Assembly (NCBI GenBank): GCA_963835065.1
Contig: CAWIEK010000016.1
Location: 96,001 to 160,000, forward strand
DNA: 64,000 bases
DNA from: an uncultured Chthonomonadaceae bacterium
Lineage (GTDB): Bacteria; Armatimonadota; Chthonomonadetes; Chthonomonadales; Chthonomonadaceae
Reading direction: 5' to 3'
How positions within the stretch are numbered: the first letter of the stretch is position 1; the number at the start of each line of letters is the position of its first letter. Under the pieces are notes generated by a model that did no database searches, was not told where the DNA came from, and saw only the letters and a list, made by a program, of their open reading frames with translations. The translations under genes and the position numbers were made by a program. Below, in pieces: positions 19,599 to 29,401 of the stretch.

Positions 19599-21189
19599 AA
19601 CACTCAGGGCGCTGGGGCTTTTCCTTCCGGCCCTGCTGGCGCTTGCTCTGCTGGCGCTGTCAGGCTGTGGCGGGGGTGGGGGAGTCGGCGTCAAAAACAC
19701 GAAGGGCAGCGGCAAAGTGACCTTTACCGTGACCTGGCCGCAAACGGGAGCCGACAGAAACACCCGCGTGATCCCCATAGACACCCAGAGCATTGTCGTT
19801 TCGCTGAAGACAACCGGCAGTTCGCCGGTGGAGGTTGGAAACGTCGCAATCACAAGGCCGGCGCAGGGCTATTCCACAACCACCACTACCTCGCTGAGCG
19901 ATTTGCCGGCAGGAAAACTGGACGTCACCGTGAAAGCCTATGCGGCAGCCAAGCCGCAGCCGGATGCGGTTCCCCTGGCTGTCAATGCGCCCTTTCAAAT
20001 TGAAATCACCGCCAATGCCAGCAAAGACATTCCGATTACTCTGAACAGTACGGTCACGGAAGTGGATATCAACGCGGTTGCGTCCGCCTCCTTAATCCCC
20101 GGCCAGACCCTCCAACTGAGCGCCACCGCCTACGATAAAAGCGGCGGCGGCAGCAGCATTGTTCCGGTCGGTTCCTTTGCCTGGTCTTCCAGTAACTCCA
20201 ACGTCGTTACCATAGACGCCGCCACCGGGCTTGCCACCGCCGTCGGCCTGGGACAAGCCACCATCACCGTTACCGAAAGCGCTTCGGGGCAAACCAATCC
20301 GCTGACCCTGACAATCACGACGGGCGACATTTTCAGTATCGCCATTCACGGCGCTTCGCCCCTGCGGTTGTCCGCGAACCAGGCGGTCACTCTCACCGCG
20401 GACGTCCTTGACAAGAACAAGTATCCCATTCAGCTGAATAACCTGCAATGGAGTTCCGACACGCCGGGCGTGGTGGACGTTCAAAGCGATACCAGCACGA
20501 CAAATACGCATAGCATCCGAGGACTGAATCCGGGAACCGCCCGCATTACGGTGTCCGTCACGACGGGAACGGGAGTACACAACAGCCTGCCCCTGGTCAT
20601 CAACGTCGGACCGGGCGGACTGGCAACATTGTCCATTGCCCCTGCCGCGCCAAATCAGTCCGGCACTATCAATGCCAATACCAATCTCACCTTAACGGCA
20701 ACAGGGGCGGACGCGGGCGGCAATCCGGTCGTCCTGTCACCGGGCAATCTGACCTGGGATTCTACCAATAAGAGCGTGGCGACGGTGACAACAGATGCCA
20801 ACGGCAATGGAGTGGTTCATGCGCTGCTGAAAGGGCAAACCAATATCACGGTGACGGAAACGAGTTCCCAGATTACATCAAAGAACCCGTTTACGGTAAC
20901 GGTGCGCCTGGTGGTCAGCGTCAATCCCATTGCGGCCATTACTTTCGGCCAAACGGTTCAATGCAAGGCTGTGGTGACGGGAAGCAGCGTACAGGACGTA
21001 ACGTGGGCGCTGCAGCCGGGGTCGCTTGGAACCATTAACGCCACTACCGGCGTGTACCAGGCTCCGAGTACGCCGACGAGTTCCGTAACCTACTATGTGA
21101 TCGCAACGAGCAAGGACGATCCCAATCAAAAATCTGATCCTGCGCCAATCGTCGTGCAGGGGGGAACAGGCACAATTACGGTTCAGTAA
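19582..21189 (+). CDS. Multi-Big_2 Ig-like domain lipoprotein
   Basis: LSGC lipobox; repeated WSSSNxxVxTID...GxATITVT units. Confidence 0.88.
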   Translation: MSSFSKTLRALGLFLPALLALALLALSGCGGGGGVGVKNTKGSGKVTFTVTWPQTGADRNTRVIPIDTQSIVVSLKTTGSSPVEVGNVAITRPAQGYSTTTTTSLSDLPAGKLDVTVKAYAAAKPQPDAVPLAVNAPFQIEITANASKDIPITLNSTVTEVDINAVASASLIPGQTLQLSATAYDKSGGGSSIVPVGSFAWSSSNSNVVTIDAATGLATAVGLGQATITVTESASGQTNPLTLTITTGDIFSIAIHGASPLRLSANQAVTLTADVLDKNKYPIQLNNLQWSSDTPGVVDVQSDTSTTNTHSIRGLNPGTARITVSVTTGTGVHNSLPLVINVGPGGLATLSIAPAAPNQSGTINANTNLTLTATGADAGGNPVVLSPGNLTWDSTNKSVATVTTDANGNGVVHALLKGQTNITVTETSSQITSKNPFTVTVRLVVSVNPIAAITFGQTVQCKAVVTGSSVQDVTWALQPGSLGTINATTGVYQAPSTPTSSVTYYVIATSKDDPNQKSDPAPIVVQGGTGTITVQ

Positions 21190-21204
21190 ACAAAGGAGCC
21201 ACAC

Positions 21205-21888
21205 GTGAAGTTTTCGCATGGAGCCGCTCCCCTGCTGCTGCTGACGGCAGGGGTGACTTCGATTTCTCCAGCACGGGCGCAATTCGCAGGCTTCACCGGC
21301 AATGCGCGCTACGATGCTTCCGCAAAACAGGGCGCGGTTCCTTATGGCTCCCTTTCCATCTACCCGGTCGCCATTTTTGCAACCGCGGGACGCAACATCG
21401 TCAGTAACGCCAACGGCAATGATGTTTCGGGCGCGGTTTCCGTAGGTGGTACGCTGATTTCGGGCGACGTGGGCGTGAAACTGCCCCGCTCGCGCAGCGC
21501 GCTGGAACTCGGCGGCTGGTATTGGGCCAATGGCGACACAGGACTGTATCAGGCGCAGGGACGTTTTTTCTTCACGCCGCAATTGGGCGTACAGCTGGCC
21601 TATCTCGGCGCGACGCGGGTAGCCGGGAGCGCCTACAGCGGCTTTGTGGTCTACGATCTGACGTCGCGGCAGTTTGCGCGCCGCTTACGTCCGCGCTGGT
21701 CTGCGGAACTCGGTCTGGGGCTGCTGCGCGATACGAGCGGCGGGCAGGACACGACGGATTTCTCGCTGTTCCTGTCAGCCTCGGTGGAAATCGCCCCGCG
21801 CATCAGTATCAACGCCAGCCAATGGTTCTTGCGCGACCGCTCCTCCGACCTGAACCGCTTCGCGCTAGGCGTCGGCTTTTCGTTTTAG
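21205..21888 (+). CDS. Secreted protein, probable small outer-membrane beta-barrel
   Basis: Signal peptide, alternating amphipathic strands, C-terminal GVGFSF. Confidence 0.7.
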   Translation: MKFSHGAAPLLLLTAGVTSISPARAQFAGFTGNARYDASAKQGAVPYGSLSIYPVAIFATAGRNIVSNANGNDVSGAVSVGGTLISGDVGVKLPRSRSALELGGWYWANGDTGLYQAQGRFFFTPQLGVQLAYLGATRVAGSAYSGFVVYDLTSRQFARRLRPRWSAELGLGLLRDTSGGQDTTDFSLFLSASVEIAPRISINASQWFLRDRSSDLNRFALGVGFSF

Positions 21889-21921
21889 ATTCAATACCGT
21901 TCAAATAAGACGCTACTCACC

Positions 21922-22075
21922 TCAAAAAAGTTTGTAGGGGCACAACATGTTGTGCCCTCTTCCGGCGGTGTTGTGCCCTCTTCCGGCGGTGTTGTGCCCT
22001 CTTCCGGTATTGCGGCGGGAGGGCACGGCTTGGAAGCGCGGGCACAACATGTTGTGCCCCTACAAACTTTTTTGA
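21922..22075. mobile_element. GTAG-type REP doublet / MITE-like element with 36 bp perfect terminal inverted repeats
   Basis: 21922-21957 is the reverse complement of 22040-22075; internal 21 bp tandem x3. Confidence 0.8.
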
Positions 22076-22133
22076 TTGATATTGGTTTCAGAGTTGGTTT
22101 GTGTATGGAATTTGGAAAGAAGGAGAGGTCAGG

Positions 22134-25100
22134 ATGTTGTACGCTGACAAAAGGCTTTGGAATGTGGCGCGGAAGACCATTCTTGGCGGGGTTCTTGCAA
22201 TCCTTGCCGGACGCGGGGGGGCGCAGATACCTGCGCAGCCGCCGCTGACAACGATGGAAACGCCCCGCCTGCGCATGGAAACGGGCGGGCATATCGGCGC
22301 GGTTCACAGCCTGCTGTTTACGCCTGCCGATGCCGCGCATCCTGAAAACGTGAAGTTGATTTCCTGCGGCGCAGATAAGGTGGCGCGCGTTCATAAGCCG
22401 GCGCAGGACGATGCCGACGCGCTGCGCTTCCAGATCGGGGAAGGGACCGGCGGGCAGTTTTATGCGGCTGCGCTTAATCCCATGCAGCCCAACCAACTCG
22501 CGTTGGGTTCCAGCGGCGGGGACATCAAAGCTGACAGCGACATTCTGCTCACGGATATCAACACGGGCAAGCTCCTCGTGGATGGCGCAACGGGCAAGAC
22601 CATCGGGCGGCTGACAGGACACAAGGACACAATCACCGGCCTGGCATACTCCCCGGACGGCAGCCTGCTCGCGTCATGCGGCGCGGACGGCAGGCTCCTG
22701 CTGTGGAACTTCAACATCCCCGTTAAAACGGCGGGGAAAACGACAGGCAAAACCGCCGCCAGAACAAAGGTCCCTGCATCCGCCGGAACCTTCTCGCCCA
22801 CTGCCGCCCTGATGTTCGGCAAGCCCACGTCGCAGCCTCTCCTAGAGAAGGGCGAGTACATGTCGGGCGTGGCGTTTGCCTCTAATGGCGGTTATCTTGC
22901 CGCCACGAGCTGGCGCCTGGAAGACGACGAGCATCGTGGAGTCCTGCGCATCTGGCAAGTGGATGCCGCCCATCATCTGACGCTTTCCCACACGTTTGAA
23001 TGGGGCAGCGATGTGTTGTGCGTGGCCTGGGCGCGGCCTTCCAGCCGCTATCCGCAGGGACTGCTGGCGTATGGCTCGGAAGACGGTGTGATCCACCTGC
23101 GCGACCCCGGACAAAAATTCGCCGAACAGCCGCCGCTCACAATCCCGAACGACAGCATCACTTGCCTTGCCTTCAACTACGACGGCACGCGCCTGTTGAG
23201 CGGCAGCGGCAGCCGGGGCCATGATGTGACGGTCAGGGTCTGGTCGCTGGAAAACAACAGCCAGATTCAAGCCTTTGACCGGCACGTCACGACGGTTCAC
23301 AGCGTGGCGTTCGCGCCGGACGGCAAAACGGCGGCAAGCGGCGATGCGTTCGGCATGGTGTACCTGTGGAACGCGGAAACCGGCAAGCAGATACGCGCGT
23401 TCAAAGGACCGGGCAATCCCGTTTTCACGGTGGCGTGGCTGGACGGCAACCACGTGGCGTGGGGCAACACTTACGGGCGCGAAAGGCTGGAACATGCGTT
23501 TGATTTGAGCGCGGGCAATCCGATTCCGCGTTTCAAGCCACAGGGGTATGGAGGAACCAGAGCGCAGTCTACGTGGATGGCAGCCGCTCATCCCACTCCC
23601 GGCAAAAACAAGCCGATGCCGTTTATGGCTTTGTCCGCCCTGCCCGATGATTCCGGCGTGATTGTCCGGGATAGCAAGGGGCGCGAAACGCAGCGCATCA
23701 AACTGGGGATTACGGATCACCTGCGCTGTTTCAGTTTCCTGCCGAACGGCAAGGTGGCTGTCGGCTCCGATCTCGATCTGGCCGTGTACAACGTCAGCGG
23801 CAGATACGTCCACAGGGAAGTGAGTTTTGAGGGGCACGAAGGCCCGGTTCTCGCCCTTGCCGTAGACCCGACAGGACAGTATCTCCTGTCAGGGGGCGTG
23901 GATCAAACGGTTCGGCTGTGGAGCCTCAAAGACGCCGAACGCGCCCGCTCCACGAGGCCCGAAGACATGGGCGCGGCGAGTCCGAACGGCGCAAGCGGCA
24001 GCCGCGTGACCGCAAACGCCGCAAATGCCGCAAATGGAAATGGCGCGGACGCGAACAAGCCCCGCCTGACTGCCCAAAGCCGCGCCATTCAACAGTTGGA
24101 CGAGTCCAACCTGGCAATGCCGCGCCCGCAGCCAAAACCCGCGCCTGCCATCACATCTCTGCTTGGCGTTTTCGAGGGCGACGGCGGCGTGTGGGTGGCG
24201 TGGGCGCAAAACGGCTACTATGCCGCGTCCCCGTCGGGCGAAGACGTGCTGGGCTGGCACATCAATCAGGGCGCGGACATGCCCGCCGAGTTTCTGACCT
24301 CGTACCGGTGTCCGCAGTTTTATCAGCCCGAAGTGATCGCGCAGGTATGGCAAAAGGGCGACTTAAACCGCGCGCTGGCCGCCGTGTTTCCCAACAACAG
24401 CCGCCCCGACCTGAACACGCCCCTGCCGCAGCAAATCGCTGGCGTTCCTATTCTGGAGTCCGCGACGGTATGGGTGGGCGACAACCGATTGGAACCTGAC
24501 GCCACCGGCGTGTATCACACCGACGCCAAGCAGGTCAGTCTGAAATGCGCCTTCCGCCCGTCGAGTTCGCCAATCACCGCGCAGGCAGCGCTTAACCATG
24601 CCAATGGCAAGCCGTTTGCGCTTGTTATCAGAAAAAGTTTAGAGCAGGGACTCATCCCCCGGCAATCTACGGAACAGACGCTGGATGTTCCCAGTCTGGA
24701 TGCCGGCCTGAACACCATTCGCATCTATGCGCAGAACGACAGCGGCATCAGCGATAATTCAGTGCGCGTGGAGCGCATCGCTTCTGCGCAACCGCAAACC
24801 CTGCGCGTACTGGCGGTAGGCATCAGCGAGTACAACGACCCCGGTCTGCGCCTGCAGTACGCCCATAAGGACGCGGAGGCAATACGGGACTTTTTCCAAA
24901 GCAATGCGCAAGCCGGCGGCAAAAAGCTGTTCGATGACGTGAAAACCGTTCTGGTAACAAATCAGGACGCCACGCGGAAAAACATCGAAAGCAAAATGGA
25001 AGATTTGCTGAAAGATGAGAAGCCGGAGGATACCGTTCTGCTGTACTTTTCCTGTCATGGCTTTGACGCGGAGGGCAGGGAGGGCAAGACCTACTACCTG

Positions 25101-25604
25101 GCTCCCGCCGATGTCGCGGTCAAGCATACGCAGGGCGGCAGGAACACGATTCAAAACGGCTACGCCTGGAAGGACATTCTGGCGCGGCTGGCGAATGTGA
25201 AGGCGAAGCACATCATTGTGATGGTGGACCATTGCTTTGCCGGCGGCGTCAGCGAAACCCTGAATGACCCGCGCTTCCTCCTGGACAATGAGGACTTCAA
25301 GGATCAGAACGAAACCTTGCGCGAACTGCGGCAAAACAACATCCTGGTTTTCACCGCGTCTGCGGCCACAGAGTACAGTTACGAAGACAAAAATCGCGAA
25401 CACGGCGCGTTCACGGCTTCCGTTCTGGACGCCCTGCAAGGCAAGATGGATGCGGTTCTGTACCCAGACAATCTAGCACAGTTGAACGCGCTGGACTTCT
25501 GGGTTCCGCAGCAGGTGTCCGCCAACTTCAGTTCGCAGCATCCCGGCCTGTTCGCCCTGCCGAATGCCGACAAAGCGGTTCCACTGGCAGTGATTAGGCA
25601 TTAG
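22134..25604 (+). CDS. WD40-repeat protein with C-terminal caspase-like peptidase C14 domain
   Basis: GH...WD-type repeats; LAVGISEY, YFSCHG and MVDHCFAG (His/Cys dyad), HGAFT; probable signal peptide. Confidence 0.92.
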   Translation: MLYADKRLWNVARKTILGGVLAILAGRGGAQIPAQPPLTTMETPRLRMETGGHIGAVHSLLFTPADAAHPENVKLISCGADKVARVHKPAQDDADALRFQIGEGTGGQFYAAALNPMQPNQLALGSSGGDIKADSDILLTDINTGKLLVDGATGKTIGRLTGHKDTITGLAYSPDGSLLASCGADGRLLLWNFNIPVKTAGKTTGKTAARTKVPASAGTFSPTAALMFGKPTSQPLLEKGEYMSGVAFASNGGYLAATSWRLEDDEHRGVLRIWQVDAAHHLTLSHTFEWGSDVLCVAWARPSSRYPQGLLAYGSEDGVIHLRDPGQKFAEQPPLTIPNDSITCLAFNYDGTRLLSGSGSRGHDVTVRVWSLENNSQIQAFDRHVTTVHSVAFAPDGKTAASGDAFGMVYLWNAETGKQIRAFKGPGNPVFTVAWLDGNHVAWGNTYGRERLEHAFDLSAGNPIPRFKPQGYGGTRAQSTWMAAAHPTPGKNKPMPFMALSALPDDSGVIVRDSKGRETQRIKLGITDHLRCFSFLPNGKVAVGSDLDLAVYNVSGRYVHREVSFEGHEGPVLALAVDPTGQYLLSGGVDQTVRLWSLKDAERARSTRPEDMGAASPNGASGSRVTANAANAANGNGADANKPRLTAQSRAIQQLDESNLAMPRPQPKPAPAITSLLGVFEGDGGVWVAWAQNGYYAASPSGEDVLGWHINQGADMPAEFLTSYRCPQFYQPEVIAQVWQKGDLNRALAAVFPNNSRPDLNTPLPQQIAGVPILESATVWVGDNRLEPDATGVYHTDAKQVSLKCAFRPSSSPITAQAALNHANGKPFALVIRKSLEQGLIPRQSTEQTLDVPSLDAGLNTIRIYAQNDSGISDNSVRVERIASAQPQTLRVLAVGISEYNDPGLRLQYAHKDAEAIRDFFQSNAQAGGKKLFDDVKTVLVTNQDATRKNIESKMEDLLKDEKPEDTVLLYFSCHGFDAEGREGKTYYLAPADVAVKHTQGGRNTIQNGYAWKDILARLANVKAKHIIVMVDHCFAGGVSETLNDPRFLLDNEDFKDQNETLRELRQNNILVFTASAATEYSYEDKNREHGAFTASVLDALQGKMDAVLYPDNLAQLNALDFWVPQQVSANFSSQHPGLFALPNADKAVPLAVIRH

Positions 25605-25690
25605 GCATTAGGCATTAGGCATTAGAGAAGAGAGAAGAGATATTCAGCTAGGTATAAGGGTACATCACCTAATGCCTAATGCCTAATGCC
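25593..25690. repeat. Heptamer hairpin (GGCATTA)n/(TAATGCC)n overlapping the caspase stop codon
   Basis: The gene ends ...VIRH* inside the array. Confidence 0.92.
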
Positions 25691-25707
25691 TTCCCGAAGG
25701 AGTACCA

Positions 25708-28326
25708 ATGGCATTTCCGGGCAAAGCGACCAAAGATTTTTTTATCAGTTACAACCAGAAAGATCAGCACTGGGCTGAATGGGTTGCCTGGGAACTGGAA
25801 GAAGCGGGCTATACGGCGATTGTGCAGGCGTGGGACTTTGGGGCGGGCAGCAACTTCGTCGTGGAAATGGATGAGGCCGCCAAAAACGCCGAACGGACGC
25901 TGGCGCTGTTGTCGCCGACGTATATCGCCTCCATTTTCACGCGCCCCGAATGGGCGGCGGCATTTGCGGACGACCCGACCAGCGTGAATCGCAAACTGAT
26001 CCCCATTCGCGTGGAAGAGTGCGAACTGACCGGGCTGCTGCGGCAGATCGTGTACATTGATCTTGTCGGCAAGGAGGAGCAGGACGCCCGCGAAATCCTA
26101 CTGGCGCAGATCAAGGTCACGGAACGCGCCAAGCCGGCCACGCGCCCCTCATTCATGGGCAGCCGCAAGCCGGAAGTACAGGCGGTTGTTGCCGTAACCC
26201 CGTCCGCGCCCGGCGCGGAAAGTTCCCGCCCCGGTTTCCCGACCGCCAATGCGCCGTTTCAAGTGCCGTATCCGCGCCTCGCCTTTTTCACGGGGCGAGA
26301 CGATCAACTGAATGCGCTGCATCAGGCGCTTATCGGGGGCGGGCGTACCACCGCGATACAGGCGCTTACCGGATTGGGTGGCATCGGCAAAACGCAAATG
26401 GCCGTTGAGTATGCGTACCAGTACCGGGAAGAATACAGCGCGATCTTATGGGCGCGGGCCGAAAACGAGCAGCAATTAAAGACGGACTTTGTTGGTATCG
26501 CCAAATTGCTGGACCTGCCGGAGCAGGACGCGCCGGATCAGGACGAAACCCGCGATGCGGTGAAGCAGTGGCTTGCCTGCAACGAAAAGTGGCTGCTGAT
26601 ACTGGATAACGTGGACGCGCCGGCTGCCGTGAAACCGTTTCTGCCCGTGATTCACAGTGGCTGCGTACTGCTGACAACGCGCTCACAGGACGTACGCGCG
26701 CTGGGGATCGCCATGCCGCTGACCTTGCCGGAACTGTCGCCGAACGAAGCGCAAGCCTTTCTGCTGAAAAGCACCGGGCGCGAAAACGCCGAGCCGCAAG
26801 AGTGCGCGGCGGCAAAACAATTAGGCGTGGAATTGGGCGGGCTGCCACTCGCGCTGGAACAGGCGGCGGCATACGTCGGGCAAAACGACACGCCGTTTCA
26901 AAGCTACCTCAAATCTTTTAAGAAGCGCCGCCTGGCCCTCCTTAATGCGCAGGACCCCGTACAGGGCGATTATGCCCATTCGGTCGCTACGACATGGGAC
27001 ATCAATTTTCAGGTCATACAGCGCAAATCCCCGGCATCGGTAGAACTGCTCAACCTGAGCGCGTTTCTTGCCCCGGAACGGATTCCGCTGGAACTGCTCA
27101 TCAAATCTGCTGCGCTGCTTGGGCCTAAACTGGAAGACGCGCTGGATGGAGCCGAAGAAGACGAACTGGTTCTGGACGATCTGCTGCTGCCCCTGACGCG
27201 CTACTCGTTGGCGCATCGTCAGCGTCAGTCCAACAGCTACGACGTTCACCGGCTGGTGCAGGCCGTGACGCGCCAGAATATGGACGACGCGCAGCGCGAA
27301 TTGTGGACGGAGCGGGCCGTGTGTGCGGTCAGCCAATCGTTCCCCGAAGCGACGGTTGAAAATTGGCCGGCTTGCGAGCGGCTGTTGTCCCACGCCCTGA
27401 TTTGCGCCGACCACATTGCGGCGGAAGGGTATGAATTTGAACCCGCTGTAGCGCTGCTGATTCAACTGGGCAATTATCTGTATGACCGCGCGCACTACGC
27501 CCTTGCCGAACCACTGATGGCGCGGGCGTTGGCCCTGCGGGAAAAAACGCTGCCCGCCAACGATCCCCAAATCGCCGAGCGCTGCATCAATCTGGCGGTG
27601 GTGTATTACCGTCAGCAGCGGTATGCGGAAGCGGAAGACTTGTACACTCGCGCGCTTCATATTTCGGAGGAGCATTACGGCCCAGAACATCCCGATGTTG
27701 CGTACTGCTTGAACAATCTGGCCGTGCTTTACATGGATCAGAATCGGTACGAGGAAGCGGAACCTTTATATCTTCGCGCCCTACACATACACGAAACCGC
27801 GCTCGGCCCCAATCATCAGCATACTGCCACAAGTCTGAATAATCTGGCGCTGCTGCTGCAGCATCAGGGACGCTTGCGGGAAATGGAGCCGCTGTACCGC
27901 CGCGCCTATCGCATCGTGGACAAGACGCTCGGCCCCGAACACCCGGATACCGCCATGATCCTGAATAATCTGGCCGAACTTTACGAGCAGTTGAACCGCT
28001 ATGTGGAAGCGGGGATGCTGTACCGCAGAGCGCTTGGCATTTTAGAAAAAGTATGTGGCGCGGAGCATCCCTTTGTCGCCTACGTGGTGGCGCATCTGGC
28101 CGGGCTGTATGATGAGCAGGGGAAGTACGATGAATCGGAAGCGCACTACTGCCGCGCCCTGTCCATTTTCACCAACATTCTGGGCTGTGACCACAAGGAA
28201 ACCTCGCAGTGCCGCGACAAGTACACGGCCCTGCTGCGCTCCCTGGGGCGCGACGACGAGGCCGACACGCTCACGCAAAACGCGCAAATCGTGGTGCAGA
28301 CGCGAGAAAGCGCAGTGCGGCGATAG
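25708..28326 (+). CDS. TIR - NB-ARC (STAND NTPase) - TPR protein (bacterial NLR-like)
   Basis: TIR DFFISY...LSPTY...TRPEW; Walker A GLGGIGKT; Walker B WLLILDNVD; GLPLAL; about seven LGPEHPxxAxxLNNLA TPRs. Confidence 0.95.
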   Translation: MAFPGKATKDFFISYNQKDQHWAEWVAWELEEAGYTAIVQAWDFGAGSNFVVEMDEAAKNAERTLALLSPTYIASIFTRPEWAAAFADDPTSVNRKLIPIRVEECELTGLLRQIVYIDLVGKEEQDAREILLAQIKVTERAKPATRPSFMGSRKPEVQAVVAVTPSAPGAESSRPGFPTANAPFQVPYPRLAFFTGRDDQLNALHQALIGGGRTTAIQALTGLGGIGKTQMAVEYAYQYREEYSAILWARAENEQQLKTDFVGIAKLLDLPEQDAPDQDETRDAVKQWLACNEKWLLILDNVDAPAAVKPFLPVIHSGCVLLTTRSQDVRALGIAMPLTLPELSPNEAQAFLLKSTGRENAEPQECAAAKQLGVELGGLPLALEQAAAYVGQNDTPFQSYLKSFKKRRLALLNAQDPVQGDYAHSVATTWDINFQVIQRKSPASVELLNLSAFLAPERIPLELLIKSAALLGPKLEDALDGAEEDELVLDDLLLPLTRYSLAHRQRQSNSYDVHRLVQAVTRQNMDDAQRELWTERAVCAVSQSFPEATVENWPACERLLSHALICADHIAAEGYEFEPAVALLIQLGNYLYDRAHYALAEPLMARALALREKTLPANDPQIAERCINLAVVYYRQQRYAEAEDLYTRALHISEEHYGPEHPDVAYCLNNLAVLYMDQNRYEEAEPLYLRALHIHETALGPNHQHTATSLNNLALLLQHQGRLREMEPLYRRAYRIVDKTLGPEHPDTAMILNNLAELYEQLNRYVEAGMLYRRALGILEKVCGAEHPFVAYVVAHLAGLYDEQGKYDESEAHYCRALSIFTNILGCDHKETSQCRDKYTALLRSLGRDDEADTLTQNAQIVVQTRESAVRR

Positions 28327-28486
28327 GCAGGGAATTAGCCGCGAATGAACGCGAATGAACGCGAATGGTTCATCATGAGGAAACCCCCGTAATGTGAGTA
28401 TCTCGTCACCGGTGAGTTGTCCTACGACGCTCACCGGAAAACCAGTCAAAGAATATAATTGGTTCAAGCGGGGTTTTAGAAAGATA

Positions 28487-29290
28487 ATGCGAATGGCGTT
28501 GATGGCGGCGCAGGCAATTGATTTTGGCGGGGAATGGCACACGCGTATGGTGGTTGCTTCCGATGCTGCCGATGCCGGGGCTATTCTGGATGCGCTTGGT
28601 TTGGAGTTGCCGGACGCCGTACTGATGATTTTTGGCGGCGCGGCCCACATGGAAACGGGATTGGAAACGGAGATTGCGGCGGCGTTTCGCAATTCTATTT
28701 TGCCCATTGTCGCCGCCTGCAACGCCCTGATTATAGATGGCGGGACGCAGGCGGGCATTATGGAGATCGTAGGCGCATTGGGCGCGGAAGGTACGCCGCG
28801 CCCGATTATGCTTGGCGTGGCTCCCCTGGGCGCGGTGACGTTTCCCGGCAAGGCGCAAATGGCGGACGTTCATGGTTTTGCCGCTGTGCCGGAAGCGGAA
28901 ATCGGTGGTCTTGCCCCACTCGATCCCAATCATTCCCACTTCGCGCTGACGCCCACAACCGAATGGGGCAGCGAAACGGCAACCATGTTCCAACTGGCCG
29001 TCGCGCTTTCAAAGCGGGAAGCCAAACCGCGCCCCCTCGCCGCGCTGCTGTTTAACGGCGGCATGATCGCCAAACAGGAAGCCCTGCAATGTATACGGCA
29101 GGGCTGGCCCCTCATCGCGCTGCAGGGAACCGGGCGGCTGGCCGACCAGATCGCGCAGGCCAAATCACAGCAACCCCTCACGCCCGAAGATACCGAACTG
29201 GCCGAAATCGTCACAAGCGATAGGCTGAAGGTGGTTTCCCTTGCCGATGTTGCCGACGCGCTGGGGGAGGCATTAGATATTAGATATTAG
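28487..29290 (+). CDS. TRPM-like SLOG (LSDAT-type) domain protein
   Basis: IFGGAA, IIDGGTQAGIM, LGVAP, LDPNHSHF, WGSET, NGGMIA, GTGRLAD. Start codon uncertain. Confidence 0.88.
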   Translation: MRMALMAAQAIDFGGEWHTRMVVASDAADAGAILDALGLELPDAVLMIFGGAAHMETGLETEIAAAFRNSILPIVAACNALIIDGGTQAGIMEIVGALGAEGTPRPIMLGVAPLGAVTFPGKAQMADVHGFAAVPEAEIGGLAPLDPNHSHFALTPTTEWGSETATMFQLAVALSKREAKPRPLAALLFNGGMIAKQEALQCIRQGWPLIALQGTGRLADQIAQAKSQQPLTPEDTELAEIVTSDRLKVVSLADVADALGEALDIRY

Positions 29291-29387
29291 GCAGAAGAGG
29301 GAACAGGGAACAGGAGAGGATGCCCTATCAACTATCATCTATCAACTATCAACTCCTGATTCATCCTTCATCCCTCATCCTCATCCC
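29269..29387 (+). repeat. Composite repeat cassette between the SLOG and SLATT ORFs
   Basis: (GGCATTA/GATATTA)-(GGGAACA)-(CTATCAA)-(TTCATCC); linkers shared with 56193-56341. Confidence 0.9.
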
Positions 29388-29401
29388 GGAAGGTCACTGC
29401 G

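Noticed and set aside
21948..22010. 21 bp repeats as a CRISPR array
   Set aside because: Head-to-tail tandem with no spacers and no cas genes.
28339..28368. (CGCGAATGAA)x3 as a regulatory iteron
   Set aside because: A short isolated tandem with no supporting context; probably another short-repeat type.
29288..29359. Pyrrolysine/selenocysteine readthrough joining SLOG and SLATT
   Set aside because: Two different stops (TAG and TGA), both repeat-derived; no SECIS-like evidence.
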